Positions 21,241-30,019 of a DNA stretch of 64,000 nucleotides are shown here, piece by piece. A program made the translations under genes and the position numbers. The notes below the pieces were generated by a model. That model was not told the origin of the DNA. It saw nothing but the letters and a program-made list of their open reading frames with translations, and did not search any database. The stretch is from the NCBI GenBank assembly GCA_902631395.1, contig CACOYM010000009.1, positions 8,502 to 72,501 of the forward strand. The letters run 5' to 3'. Position 1 is the stretch's first letter. The number at the start of each line of letters is the position of its first letter. Origin of the DNA: Halieaceae bacterium. GTDB lineage: Bacteria; Pseudomonadota; Gammaproteobacteria; Pseudomonadales; Halieaceae.

Positions 21241-22125
21241 TTGACTCCATTCATCGCTTCAATCTTCTCAGCCGTCATGATCGGCGCCTGCGCTAGCATC
21301 ATCATAGTTATCCTCATGAGAGTGTTAACGATGGTGTCGGATAGGGGTAGGGATAATCTGGACCCGCCTCCTGCTATTTTTTCACCCTTCATGCCACTCA
21401 TAAAGTTTGTAGCGTTTTACGGTACGTCAAATATGAGCGACGAGAGGCTGGACAAGGTAGATGAGGCATTGGCATTACATGGCGTGAGTTTCATGGTAAC
21501 TGCAGAGGAGTTTATCGCCGGCCAGATTGTCCTGTCGTTAGTAGGTGCATTAACTATCCTGGTCCTCGGGCTATCCTCGGGTGGTATCAATCTAGCTCTA
21601 CTTATCTTGTTCTCTGCAGTAGCTTGGTTTTTACCTAGCCTCTGGATAAAAGATTTTAAGCGTCGCAGAGACACCGAAGTCATGCGGACGTTGCCTATCT
21701 ATTTAGAGTATCTAACCATGTGTGTCGACGCCGGACTAGACTTGCCCGGCGCTATGAAACAAGCAGTGGACAAAGGCCCGCGCGGCGCGATGCGGAACGA
21801 GTTCAGAGTGATATTGAGAGATATTTCCTCTGGTTATACCCGGGCAGATGCGTTGGCCCGATTTGACGAGCGGATGGCGCTGCCAGAGGTCACCTCATTG
21901 GTTTCTGCGGTAACTCAGGCTAACAAGATGGGGTCGAGCTTATTTGACACCCTACAGTCTCAGGCCGAGCAACGTCTGGACGAACGATTTCGTCGCGCCG
22001 AAAAGATGGCAATGGAGGCTCCAGTTAAACTTATAGTGCCCCTCGTCGTTTTTATTTTTCCATTAACTTTTATCATCCTTCTGTTTCCCATCGTAACTCG
22101 TTTTTACGACGGCGGATCGCTCTGA
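21241..22125 (+). CDS. tadC: Tad inner-membrane platform protein TadC
   Basis: LPIYLEYLTMCVDAGL, AEKMAMEAPVKLIVPLVVFIFP. Confidence 0.9.
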   Translation: MTPFIASIFSAVMIGACASIIIVILMRVLTMVSDRGRDNLDPPPAIFSPFMPLIKFVAFYGTSNMSDERLDKVDEALALHGVSFMVTAEEFIAGQIVLSLVGALTILVLGLSSGGINLALLILFSAVAWFLPSLWIKDFKRRRDTEVMRTLPIYLEYLTMCVDAGLDLPGAMKQAVDKGPRGAMRNEFRVILRDISSGYTRADALARFDERMALPEVTSLVSAVTQANKMGSSLFDTLQSQAEQRLDERFRRAEKMAMEAPVKLIVPLVVFIFPLTFIILLFPIVTRFYDGGSL

Positions 22126-22135
22126 GAGAGTCGGT

Positions 22136-22483
22136 TTGACGCCCTTAACTGGAAAGTACTTGGCGCCAGAGGGATATTGCCGAGACTTTGTTATTTGCAC
22201 GGCTGACAATTTCATTTCCCGCGCTATCGGCTTAATGGGCCGAAAGAAATTTGGCTCCAGCGACGCCTTACACATTGCCCCTTGTTCGGCAATCCATACG
22301 TTTTTTATGCGAATGAACATAGACCTAATATTCCTGGATTCAAGCAGACGGGCGATCAGCATTCACAGTTCGGTCCGCCCATGGACGTTCCGGCATTGCT
22401 GGGGCGCCGCGTCAGTTCTGGAGATGCCAGACGGTAGGGCGAAGGAGCTTGGTATCTCTCTGGGGGGCTCGTTTACATGGTGA
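22136..22483 (+). CDS. DUF192-family protein
   Basis: ADNFISRAIGLMGR, PCSAIHTFFMRMNIDLIFLD, SVLEMPDG. Confidence 0.82.
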   Translation: MTPLTGKYLAPEGYCRDFVICTADNFISRAIGLMGRKKFGSSDALHIAPCSAIHTFFMRMNIDLIFLDSSRRAISIHSSVRPWTFRHCWGAASVLEMPDGRAKELGISLGGSFTW

Positions 22484-22956
22484 AGGTGATCTTTATTATT
22501 CTCGGGATGCTGGCAGGATGCGCTGAGACCTCTTACCGGTCCAGCAATCCATCGATTCCTGATGCAGCCCATTTATTGCGCGAGGCCGGCAAGGCTTACG
22601 CCAGAGGAGACTGTAAAAACGCTATCGAGCTGTTCTCGTCGCTTTTGGAAATCGCCCCCCAAGATGTCGATACAATGTTGAAGATCGCCAGATGCAGTTA
22701 TTTACTTGGTAACCCCGATAGCGCTCTCGCACAGTACAGGGCTGTTCTGAGAATAGATCCTAAGTCTCGAGCAGCGCACTACAATATCTTGTTTATTCAG
22801 ATCGAATCTCTGGTCGAGACATCTGGCGCTATCATCGAAAATGTACCTCCGAGAATGGATGATGAGGAAGCGCTTCTGGCTGTCGCAAAAGGCATCATCG
22901 GATCAGTAAAGGTGAACTTAATTCAACCGCCCAAGGACGGGAGTAGTGGCCCCTAA
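22477..22956 (+). CDS. TPR lipoprotein, TadD/pilotin-like
   Basis: Lipobox LAGC followed by TPR-like helices; located in the Tad operon. Confidence 0.7.
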   Translation: MVKVIFIILGMLAGCAETSYRSSNPSIPDAAHLLREAGKAYARGDCKNAIELFSSLLEIAPQDVDTMLKIARCSYLLGNPDSALAQYRAVLRIDPKSRAAHYNILFIQIESLVETSGAIIENVPPRMDDEEALLAVAKGIIGSVKVNLIQPPKDGSSGP

Positions 22957-23809
22957 GTTAGGCAGAAGGAAGCACCATGTCAGGTCAGCTCAGCTGGCGC
23001 AAGCTATGGTCGAGTTTTTAGTCGTTGCTCCCGTTTTTATACTCATCATCTTTGGTGCAATCCAGACAGCACTGATTTTCTCTGCAAAAACTTCCCTGAA
23101 CTATGCGGTTTTCCAAGCCGCCCGGGTAGGAGCAGTGAACAACGCCACGTACTCCGGTATCCGGAGCGGGTTGATCAGAGGACTCGCACCCTTGTACACC
23201 TACTCTAATACAAGGCGAGGTCCTGACGTTGCCGAGGATATTGATGACGGGATAGCTGAGGCTGCCCTTGAGGTGGATGCGTATACCAGAATCATCAGGC
23301 TGAACCCTATGTCTGCAGATTTTCGGACAGGTAACACTGGGCATGGTATCAGCGTAGATGGGATGAATCAGATACCGAATGACCTTCTTATGTACCGAGA
23401 CCCCGATCCTAGGGGACGCGTAAACATTCAGGATGCCAATTTACTCAAGATCAGAGTTCAATATTGTTATGCCCTGATAGTACCAATCGTTAACAAAGTC
23501 ATCGGCTCTTTGAGTGAACTGAATGATCTTAGGCAGCCTGCTAACGCCTATGAAACACCAAATGATCCAAGATTTGCAGATCAGAATAGGGGTTTCGCCA
23601 ATGAGGCTGCGGCAGCAAACGCGTCTCTAGCAACCTATACGGGGTTGTGTTCCGGGCGCAATCTAGGTGAAGATAGAGCCAACGAGTCGACTGGTTTTCT
23701 CATTGCTGCAGAAGCGACTGTTCGAATGCAGAGTCCTGCGTTTGAGTCAGATTCAGAGGAAGATACTGGCGGCTACATGTGCGATGGAGTCAGAATGGCG
23801 TGCCCTTGA
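22946..23809 (+). CDS. tadE: TadE-family minor pilin
   Basis: QAMVEFLVVAPVFILIIFGAIQ...LNYAVFQAARVGA; NIQDANLLKI. Confidence 0.82.
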   Translation: MAPKLGRRKHHVRSAQLAQAMVEFLVVAPVFILIIFGAIQTALIFSAKTSLNYAVFQAARVGAVNNATYSGIRSGLIRGLAPLYTYSNTRRGPDVAEDIDDGIAEAALEVDAYTRIIRLNPMSADFRTGNTGHGISVDGMNQIPNDLLMYRDPDPRGRVNIQDANLLKIRVQYCYALIVPIVNKVIGSLSELNDLRQPANAYETPNDPRFADQNRGFANEAAAANASLATYTGLCSGRNLGEDRANESTGFLIAAEATVRMQSPAFESDSEEDTGGYMCDGVRMACP

Positions 23810-23830
23810 TGGTGGCCAATAGTCTAGAAA

Positions 23831-24259
23831 ATGGGGGAAACAGTGGCCGGTAGCGAAGACCAAATTGATGGAGAAAAACCAGAGCAGTCCTCTGCGGAAA
23901 GTGAGGAGAAAGCGGTAGACGCTTTGGATTCAGAGAATGCCGAGTCAGAGCCAGAGACTGATGAGCCCAATGCAGTTGAGGACACCACTGCTGGAGATCT
24001 GAAAGAGAAACTTCTCCGTGTGGGTATGGTAGTGGCCTTTAGCGTGCTCTTGTACTTTGAAGTCGTTTACGGAGTCTTCATTGGTGTGCTCATATGTTCA
24101 GTAGCCTACCTGCTCAAAGGAGAGGTTCCTGATCAGGTAGCGGCGTTTGTTTCCGCCGCTCTAAGAGTGGTACACAGCACTATCGCGTTTGTGCTGTTTC
24201 AGACTGATGAAAAACCATGGCCTTTGCGATCATGGCCATCGGAACCCCAAGAAGATTAG
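23831..24259 (+). CDS. Hypothetical membrane protein with acidic N-terminus
   Basis: 142 aa; ~55-aa D/E-rich segment followed by hydrophobic helices; last gene of the plus-strand Tad operon. Confidence 0.55.
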   Translation: MGETVAGSEDQIDGEKPEQSSAESEEKAVDALDSENAESEPETDEPNAVEDTTAGDLKEKLLRVGMVVAFSVLLYFEVVYGVFIGVLICSVAYLLKGEVPDQVAAFVSAALRVVHSTIAFVLFQTDEKPWPLRSWPSEPQED

Positions 24260-24288
24260 GTTAGTAGACAGCCCGGGTTCGGCTCGGG

Positions 24289-25254
24289 TTAATCGGGCCC
24301 AGTAACGCTCCTTAAGGATGGACAAAAGCCCTCCGCAGAACCGATAAATTGGGGGGGCTCAGCGCTTAAAGCATCAAGTATTGCATCCAGGTCGGACTTA
24401 CTTGGGTCAGAGTCCCATCTCGCGGGCATCACTAAACACAGATCTAGAGTCTGGCCAGCGTAGTCTCCGTATTCCCCTGGCTCATTCGGCACTGCGAGCT
24501 GAACCAAAATAACCTCGCCAGCGGCATTAGGTGTACCAAGATAACTTGGATAGTAATAACCGGCATAGAGCACTGCAAAAGGGTCGGGTGTTCCATCTGA
24601 AGATAACATTTTAAAGTAACCTTCAGTCTGACAACCCCGGAACTCGTCATCACCGATCGGTTTCAACTCCACGGTATCATATAGCCGACCATCGACTTGG
24701 CTCTGATATGCAAAAGCTGTGACTTCACCATCACAGATCACCACTCTCGGTTTTAAAATATTTCCCTCCTCATCAAGAACTTGGATGCCCATGGTGGCGC
24801 CTATAGGCGGCCCCTCTACCGGATAAAAAACTCCATCTGCGTATGTGCCGACAATCTCCCCGTTATCGTTAATTAGATTGCCATCCGCGTCCATTTGGAA
24901 GGAATCTCCGTCCTCAGTGGTTACTACGGTCTGATTTGTAAGGCCCACTTGAGACTCAATATCTGCACTACCCCCGCCTTCATCATTACTGTCGTCGTCC
25001 CCCGTGGCAGAACTAGTTGAGAGAGAGGCTGGGAACGAGGGCAAAAACTTGTGCACCGCAGTGATCGAGTTGCTGAAACCTTGGTATTGGTTGTGGAACG
25101 AGGCTGAGACAGCACTGATGCAATCGTCATATCCGGGACACTCGACATTTGTGCGCCACCACTCGCTATCCACCAGCATAAATGAGAAAACTAAAGCGGA
25201 TACGACTACCACATATTCAGGCATCGCCTGGCCAGCTTCATTTCGCCGATTCAA
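24289..25254 (-). CDS. Pilin-like protein (type III signal) with Cys-rich C-terminal domain
   Basis: MNRRNEAG-QAMPEYVVVVSALV leader; six Cys; start overlaps the upstream stop. Confidence 0.7.
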   Translation of the reverse strand: MNRRNEAGQAMPEYVVVVSALVFSFMLVDSEWWRTNVECPGYDDCISAVSASFHNQYQGFSNSITAVHKFLPSFPASLSTSSATGDDDSNDEGGGSADIESQVGLTNQTVVTTEDGDSFQMDADGNLINDNGEIVGTYADGVFYPVEGPPIGATMGIQVLDEEGNILKPRVVICDGEVTAFAYQSQVDGRLYDTVELKPIGDDEFRGCQTEGYFKMLSSDGTPDPFAVLYAGYYYPSYLGTPNAAGEVILVQLAVPNEPGEYGDYAGQTLDLCLVMPARWDSDPSKSDLDAILDALSAEPPQFIGSAEGFCPSLRSVTGPD

Positions 25255-25931
25255 TTGGGTATCTCGGTATTGATCAATACTTGCGTGATATCCGGGGCTG
25301 GAATTACCAAAACGTTCACGAGAGCTGGGCCGTCTCTGAAGATCATGACATGGGCCTCTTGCTCATTAAATTGGTGCTCAAGCTCCCAGCCTTGTCGACG
25401 CAGACCACCAATGTAAAACCTAGCTACCTCATCTGGACTCATACTAGTGGCTATCAATGTAACCCTTCCGGACTTAAGTTCGTCATCCATTAAGGTATCT
25501 GAGGCTACAATTGCATCATCCGGTAAAAGCAACCCCTCGCCGAGAGAATCGCCGGCAGCATTCGCAGAAAATTCGGACATCACCAGCCTTCCTGCGGCAC
25601 CAGTATCGGTGACTTGATACTGGACAGTGGCGAAACATGTATCCGTGATCATTTTTGAAAGTTGTTTCCATGGCGCCACCGCACTGGGGACTGGTGCCTC
25701 CCACTTCCGCCAGTAAAATCGCTCTAAGGCCTCTACGGAGTCGGGGGTTCTGAACTCTTTGACGGCGAGGGTTTGCCGGTTATGAGTAGCATTATTCAGA
25801 ACGGGAGCCAGAGACATGGATTTCATCACAGGAAATTCATCCCAATCGCAAGAGGCATTGCATGGCAGACTCAGTGCGGCCAACAAAGCACCGGCTAAGA
25901 TTTTAGTTAGCCTATTAGTCCTCGAACTCAC
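25251..25931 (-). CDS. Hypothetical periplasmic protein of the Tad operon (two-lobe internal duplication)
   Basis: Signal-like ILAGALLAALSLPCNA; repeated S(V/P)(E/D)xxxRFY...W motif; likely GTG start 25931 (track start 26012). Confidence 0.6.
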   Translation of the reverse strand: MSSRTNRLTKILAGALLAALSLPCNASCDWDEFPVMKSMSLAPVLNNATHNRQTLAVKEFRTPDSVEALERFYWRKWEAPVPSAVAPWKQLSKMITDTCFATVQYQVTDTGAAGRLVMSEFSANAAGDSLGEGLLLPDDAIVASDTLMDDELKSGRVTLIATSMSPDEVARFYIGGLRRQGWELEHQFNEQEAHVMIFRDGPALVNVLVIPAPDITQVLINTEIPN

Positions 25932-26904
25932 AAATACCGCGCTTGCACTCGATGGGGGCAACACCATTTGTGTCAGGATCAACGGGAATTGGCGCGATGG
26001 AAGGCTCCCCAAACTCTAATTTGTTAATCGCACTTATCGCTGGCCCTCCCTCAAGGTAAGAGACGAGGTCGATGACTGCGTCAAAGAATTTATTATCAAA
26101 AACATCAGATGGGACGTAATCATCCACTCGGTCCTTGTAATGATTAACACTTTGCGCGCTCCATCCATCGGACAAGATCCCGCCCCTGGCTGTCATTGAG
26201 CCATTCCAACTTTGGAAAATGGCGCTCTCGATTCCCGGCGTCCATTCTCCATCCTCCCGATCCCAAACTGTCTCACCAGATCCCCAGGCATTTTTGAGAT
26301 TCAATCGGGTCACAACCTCTGGAGTGAAATAACCCTTTGGGCTGGAAAAAAATGGGAAACCAAATAAATCTTCATTCTCGTTGCCTACCGCCCGCAACAA
26401 AAAGTCAATCGGGCTTTTAATTGTATCTATGGCGCTGGCAAAGAATTCGGTCACGCCGTAAGCTAAACCAGGCGTTTGCAGTTCACGGAAATTATTGACG
26501 CTCACATCTCTGAGCATTGGTTCCTCGCTCTGAACGTAGCTCCATTGACTTGAAGGCGACTTCGTACCCAAATCCCCTGAGGTGATTAAGTCGATGGGGC
26601 CGTTAGAGTATGTTTGAAAAAAACGATTTTGCATGGACGCGGTGACAGAGGAGGCACTCCGTAGCGCCACGTGCTCCCAGTCATTACCCGATCGCGAGAA
26701 GTCATCACGATTCTCCCCAGATAGGTTGTCAAACCAAACGGTCCGTTCCCACGTGACATATCTAGCAGCTAATTGGTTCTCATGCTGGATATCCGCCAGC
26801 TTGCCAAGGGTCGGCACAAGCACGAATAAGGGGAGGAATACGAAAGCGACAGACACTACGAACTCTGCCATCGCCTGCCCTCGCTGACGGCGCTCGCTCA
26901 CCAC
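25915..26904 (-). CDS. TadE/TadF-like minor pilin
   Basis: RRQRG-QAMAEFVVSVAFVFLPLF...AARYVTWERTVW; start approximate. Confidence 0.75.
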   Translation of the reverse strand: MVSERRQRGQAMAEFVVSVAFVFLPLFVLVPTLGKLADIQHENQLAARYVTWERTVWFDNLSGENRDDFSRSGNDWEHVALRSASSVTASMQNRFFQTYSNGPIDLITSGDLGTKSPSSQWSYVQSEEPMLRDVSVNNFRELQTPGLAYGVTEFFASAIDTIKSPIDFLLRAVGNENEDLFGFPFFSSPKGYFTPEVVTRLNLKNAWGSGETVWDREDGEWTPGIESAIFQSWNGSMTARGGILSDGWSAQSVNHYKDRVDDYVPSDVFDNKFFDAVIDLVSYLEGGPAISAINKLEFGEPSIAPIPVDPDTNGVAPIECKRGICEFED

Positions 26905-26920
26905 AGAAAGGGCACCGTAA

Positions 26921-29059
26921 TCACCCCGCACATTTCGATTTCCCAACCATCCCAACGAAGTCTGTGAGCCCGTCAGTCATCTTGTCAATGACGTTCTCTG
27001 AGGCCTCATAGGCCCTGTTTCCCACCATTCTGATAGGCGGCTCAGCTACGCTGTCCCAAGGGCTGTCTATTTGCGAAACCACGTAGTCAACCTGCTCCTC
27101 GATCAACCTCTCGGCCATTCTATCTAAAGTCCAGTTAATTACGCCAATTGCATCGTCTGGTGCGCCCGGCAAAAAGGTACTCCACTCAATCTCACCCGTT
27201 GCAACTGCTGTAGGCAGGAGCGAATTGGGTTTCAGGCGTGCATCCCAAAAAGGACTGAACAGACTTGCCGGTTCGTTACCGTCTTGCATGGGATTCGAAA
27301 AATAGGCTTCCGCCGAGCTGATGGTCGACATTGGCCTTCTAGAAGTGAAAACCACTTGCTGATACAGGCCCTCCAAGCTTGCCTCCTCCGATCTCGAGCA
27401 TGTATCGAGATCGAAGCGGTCGTAAGTTACCTCATCTTCGCGACCCTCAAGCCAAGTTTCCGCAGGCGTGGCGTCTCCATTGCCCATATCAAAAGTATCA
27501 CTATCGGACGTCTCTACATCACCCAAATCAATAGCAAGGGCAACTATGTATTCGCGGCTTTGTCGCGATTGTCTATGAGAGTCATCCAGCGAGGCAAAGA
27601 TTGGTACACCAGTATAGGATGTGGTTACGTTTGTGGGGCCGCCATAAATCGGTGGTGGCACAGATTGTCCCCACAACAAATTCTGAGTATGAAACGGTTC
27701 GAGGGGCCCCTCGTTGACGGGGTCATCAGGGTCTCCACCATAGGGCCCATCGATCTGACCCAGTTTCCCCCAATCGGTAAGGATCTTGAGAGCATGCCTT
27801 TGCTCTGCGACGAGTTGATGTGTCGCGCCTCCCAAGGGAAAACCTATGGGCAGCTCGAAATTAAGGTCAATTAAAGTCCACCCCTCGCACCCAACAATAG
27901 GTAGGCAGACCTCTATTCTGACGAACAACCCCACTTCGATTTCTACGCCGATGCTAAGTACATCGATAGCGGCCCATCCAAGTTTCGAGATATCCTCAGC
28001 CTTTTTTAGCCCGCCGTGTGCCTGAAAAGCGGCACCTCCATCATTCCTTACACCAAACCAGAGACCAAAATCGAGGTCGATGATTAGTTTTACGATCCCA
28101 GCATCCAGTGTCAGTCTCGGGATAAGGTCAGGGATGGTATCCGCCGCTGGCCATTGCCAATGCCTGTCCTCGGTGAAAGGATCTCTGTTCTCGTTTACAA
28201 GCGCCGCATAGTATTTATAGGCATCAAGCGTAGCGTCCTTGACGTCATCATCATCTTTTTTCGAGACGTTAGGGGAATTGAGGCCAATCATCGCAGTCGT
28301 AGGGAAAAAGTCCTGCAGTTGCTCCGAAGCATCCCTAATCGCGTCTTCTGAATCAGGGTTGCTTTCCGCTAGATCCTCCATAACCCCCTCCATGTCAGAC
28401 TGACCAAAATCTATCGGGGAATAGGTCTCAAGGATGTTCTTCGTTAAAAAAAGGAAGCTCAAAAACGAGGGATAAATATCAGCATTGTCGTCCTCCAGCT
28501 GGTTTGCCTGAATGACGTCTTGGTGAGTCTCAAATTGCGCCACCATTGTCGAAAGCGCGAACGCGGATTGGAATACACCCAGTGCGCTGTTGAAATGAGA
28601 AACCACAGTCGGCCAGAAGTTGCCGATTCTAGAGGCGGCAGCATCGACCCCGTAACCGACAGCCTGATAGGGAATCGTTATCGTATTCAAGACCATTGAA
28701 TAGGTCACTGGCGACGGCGGTGCAATCGGAGTTTGATATAGAGGGTATGAGGTGAATTTTCGAATATCTCGGTAGTGCTTGGCCCACGAGATTAATGCTG
28801 CAATCTGCCCCACTGACACCTCATTGGCAACCATTGCCCGGTTCGTATACGCGACAAAATTGTGGTTACGGGCAGCCAGTTTCGCAATGGAGTAGGCCGT
28901 GGCGTCAGCCGCATTCTCTAATTGAACTCTGTGGCGGACGAGTTGTGACTGATTGTATAAAGCTATGATGGCCACCAAGCTGATGGCCAAGAACATAAGG
29001 CCAAGCACTATTGCTTGACCTCTTTGTCTCCGATATACGCGGGTACCACACACGCGCAT
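26921..29059 (-). CDS. tadG: TadG-like large minor pilin/adhesin
   Basis: RRQRG-QAIVLGLMFL...QLENAADATAYS...ARNHNFVAYTNRAMVANEV; C-terminal SLFSPFWDARL; ATG at 29059. Confidence 0.78.
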   Translation of the reverse strand: MRVCGTRVYRRQRGQAIVLGLMFLAISLVAIIALYNQSQLVRHRVQLENAADATAYSIAKLAARNHNFVAYTNRAMVANEVSVGQIAALISWAKHYRDIRKFTSYPLYQTPIAPPSPVTYSMVLNTITIPYQAVGYGVDAAASRIGNFWPTVVSHFNSALGVFQSAFALSTMVAQFETHQDVIQANQLEDDNADIYPSFLSFLFLTKNILETYSPIDFGQSDMEGVMEDLAESNPDSEDAIRDASEQLQDFFPTTAMIGLNSPNVSKKDDDDVKDATLDAYKYYAALVNENRDPFTEDRHWQWPAADTIPDLIPRLTLDAGIVKLIIDLDFGLWFGVRNDGGAAFQAHGGLKKAEDISKLGWAAIDVLSIGVEIEVGLFVRIEVCLPIVGCEGWTLIDLNFELPIGFPLGGATHQLVAEQRHALKILTDWGKLGQIDGPYGGDPDDPVNEGPLEPFHTQNLLWGQSVPPPIYGGPTNVTTSYTGVPIFASLDDSHRQSRQSREYIVALAIDLGDVETSDSDTFDMGNGDATPAETWLEGREDEVTYDRFDLDTCSRSEEASLEGLYQQVVFTSRRPMSTISSAEAYFSNPMQDGNEPASLFSPFWDARLKPNSLLPTAVATGEIEWSTFLPGAPDDAIGVINWTLDRMAERLIEEQVDYVVSQIDSPWDSVAEPPIRMVGNRAYEASENVIDKMTDGLTDFVGMVGKSKCAG

Positions 29060-29078
29060 GCTGGTAGCTGTGGTTGGC

Positions 29079-29339
29079 TTACCCTTCGTCCTGAGCGAAG
29101 TCCGTGAGGTCGTATTCTTCGGCGCCCTCAGACTGGGCATCATCAGCAGCCGTTCTTCCGAGCTGTTGACTGGTTCCGCCCCCTAACTCGGCTGCAAGGT
29201 CACCAACTTGCCCCCGGACAGTATCGCCAAAAAAGTTATAGACACTTATTGCTGCCACCGCCACCAAAGCGACAATGATGATGTACTCGGTCATACCCTG
29301 ACCGCGCTGACCAAATCGAGATTTTCGTGCCAGATTCAT
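29079..29339 (-). CDS. flp: Flp-type major pilin
   Basis: MNLARKSRFGQRG-QGMTEYIIIVALVAVAAISVYNFFG; AAGGGGAG upstream of ATG 29339; first gene of the minus-strand operon. Confidence 0.8.
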   Translation of the reverse strand: MNLARKSRFGQRGQGMTEYIIIVALVAVAAISVYNFFGDTVRGQVGDLAAELGGGTSQQLGRTAADDAQSEGAEEYDLTDFAQDEG

Positions 29340-29809
29340 ATCTACGCTGCTCCCCTTAATTTCAACTTTGTGCAGTTGTTTGGACTGAACGTCCAACAAA
29401 TTCCATAGCTATCATACCCGACTAAAGGAGCATTGCTACGGGTTGATTAGGGAGAATTGGCTCTGTGGTCCGCTTTTCTCGAGTCTGGCAGGAGTCTCAA
29501 CACCACTAGCGACCTCGAACACGATCTTAAGTCGCCGAGGTTGAAAGCTATCAATGGCCATCAATGTAGGTATTGCGAGTGAATGGGCTTGCAGGGCGGA
29601 GGCCATGGCTATTGCATAATGACAGCGCACTAGGCGTTTTTCTGAGACGAAAATTGCATCCGGCGCAGCTTGTAGGCCCGATTGTAGACGGGTATTTTAC
29701 TCAAGGGTTTGCGGCTAGAACCGATATATTATTTTATGACGAGATAGACGCAGATGTACTGCATTACAATACTTTAGGTTTTGCGTATCTTGTCGGAGGA
29801 GCTGAGCGA

Positions 29810-30019
29810 ATGAAAACAATTATCGTTATAGCATCTGTAGGTCTTGCCTATTTGCTTTTGATAAGCCCAGATGCTTGGGCTTGCTGGCCGTGGAGTAAAG
29901 TTGACGAGCAAACAAAGCCAGGGGGTCAAGTCGTTTGTACCTGGAAGTGCGGCACCTATCCAAACTTTAAATACACTACTACTACTGGAACGGGTAAGTG
30001 CCCAGAACCAAGCGACTAA
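29810..30019 (+). CDS. Small secreted cysteine-rich peptide (69 aa)
   Basis: GGAGG before ATG 29810; signal MKTIIVIASVGLAYLLLISPDAWA; mature part CWPWSK...CTWKCG...KCPEPSD with four Cys. Confidence 0.7.
   Translation: MKTIIVIASVGLAYLLLISPDAWACWPWSKVDEQTKPGGQVVCTWKCGTYPNFKYTTTTGTGKCPEPSD

Noticed and set aside
27284-27874. 196-aa plus-strand ORF inside tadG
   Set aside because: Antisense shadow with no recognisable features
29590-29605. Sigma54 promoter for flp (TGGCCTCCGCCCTGCA on the minus strand)
   Set aside because: Three mismatches to consensus and ~250 bp from the start; too weak to call
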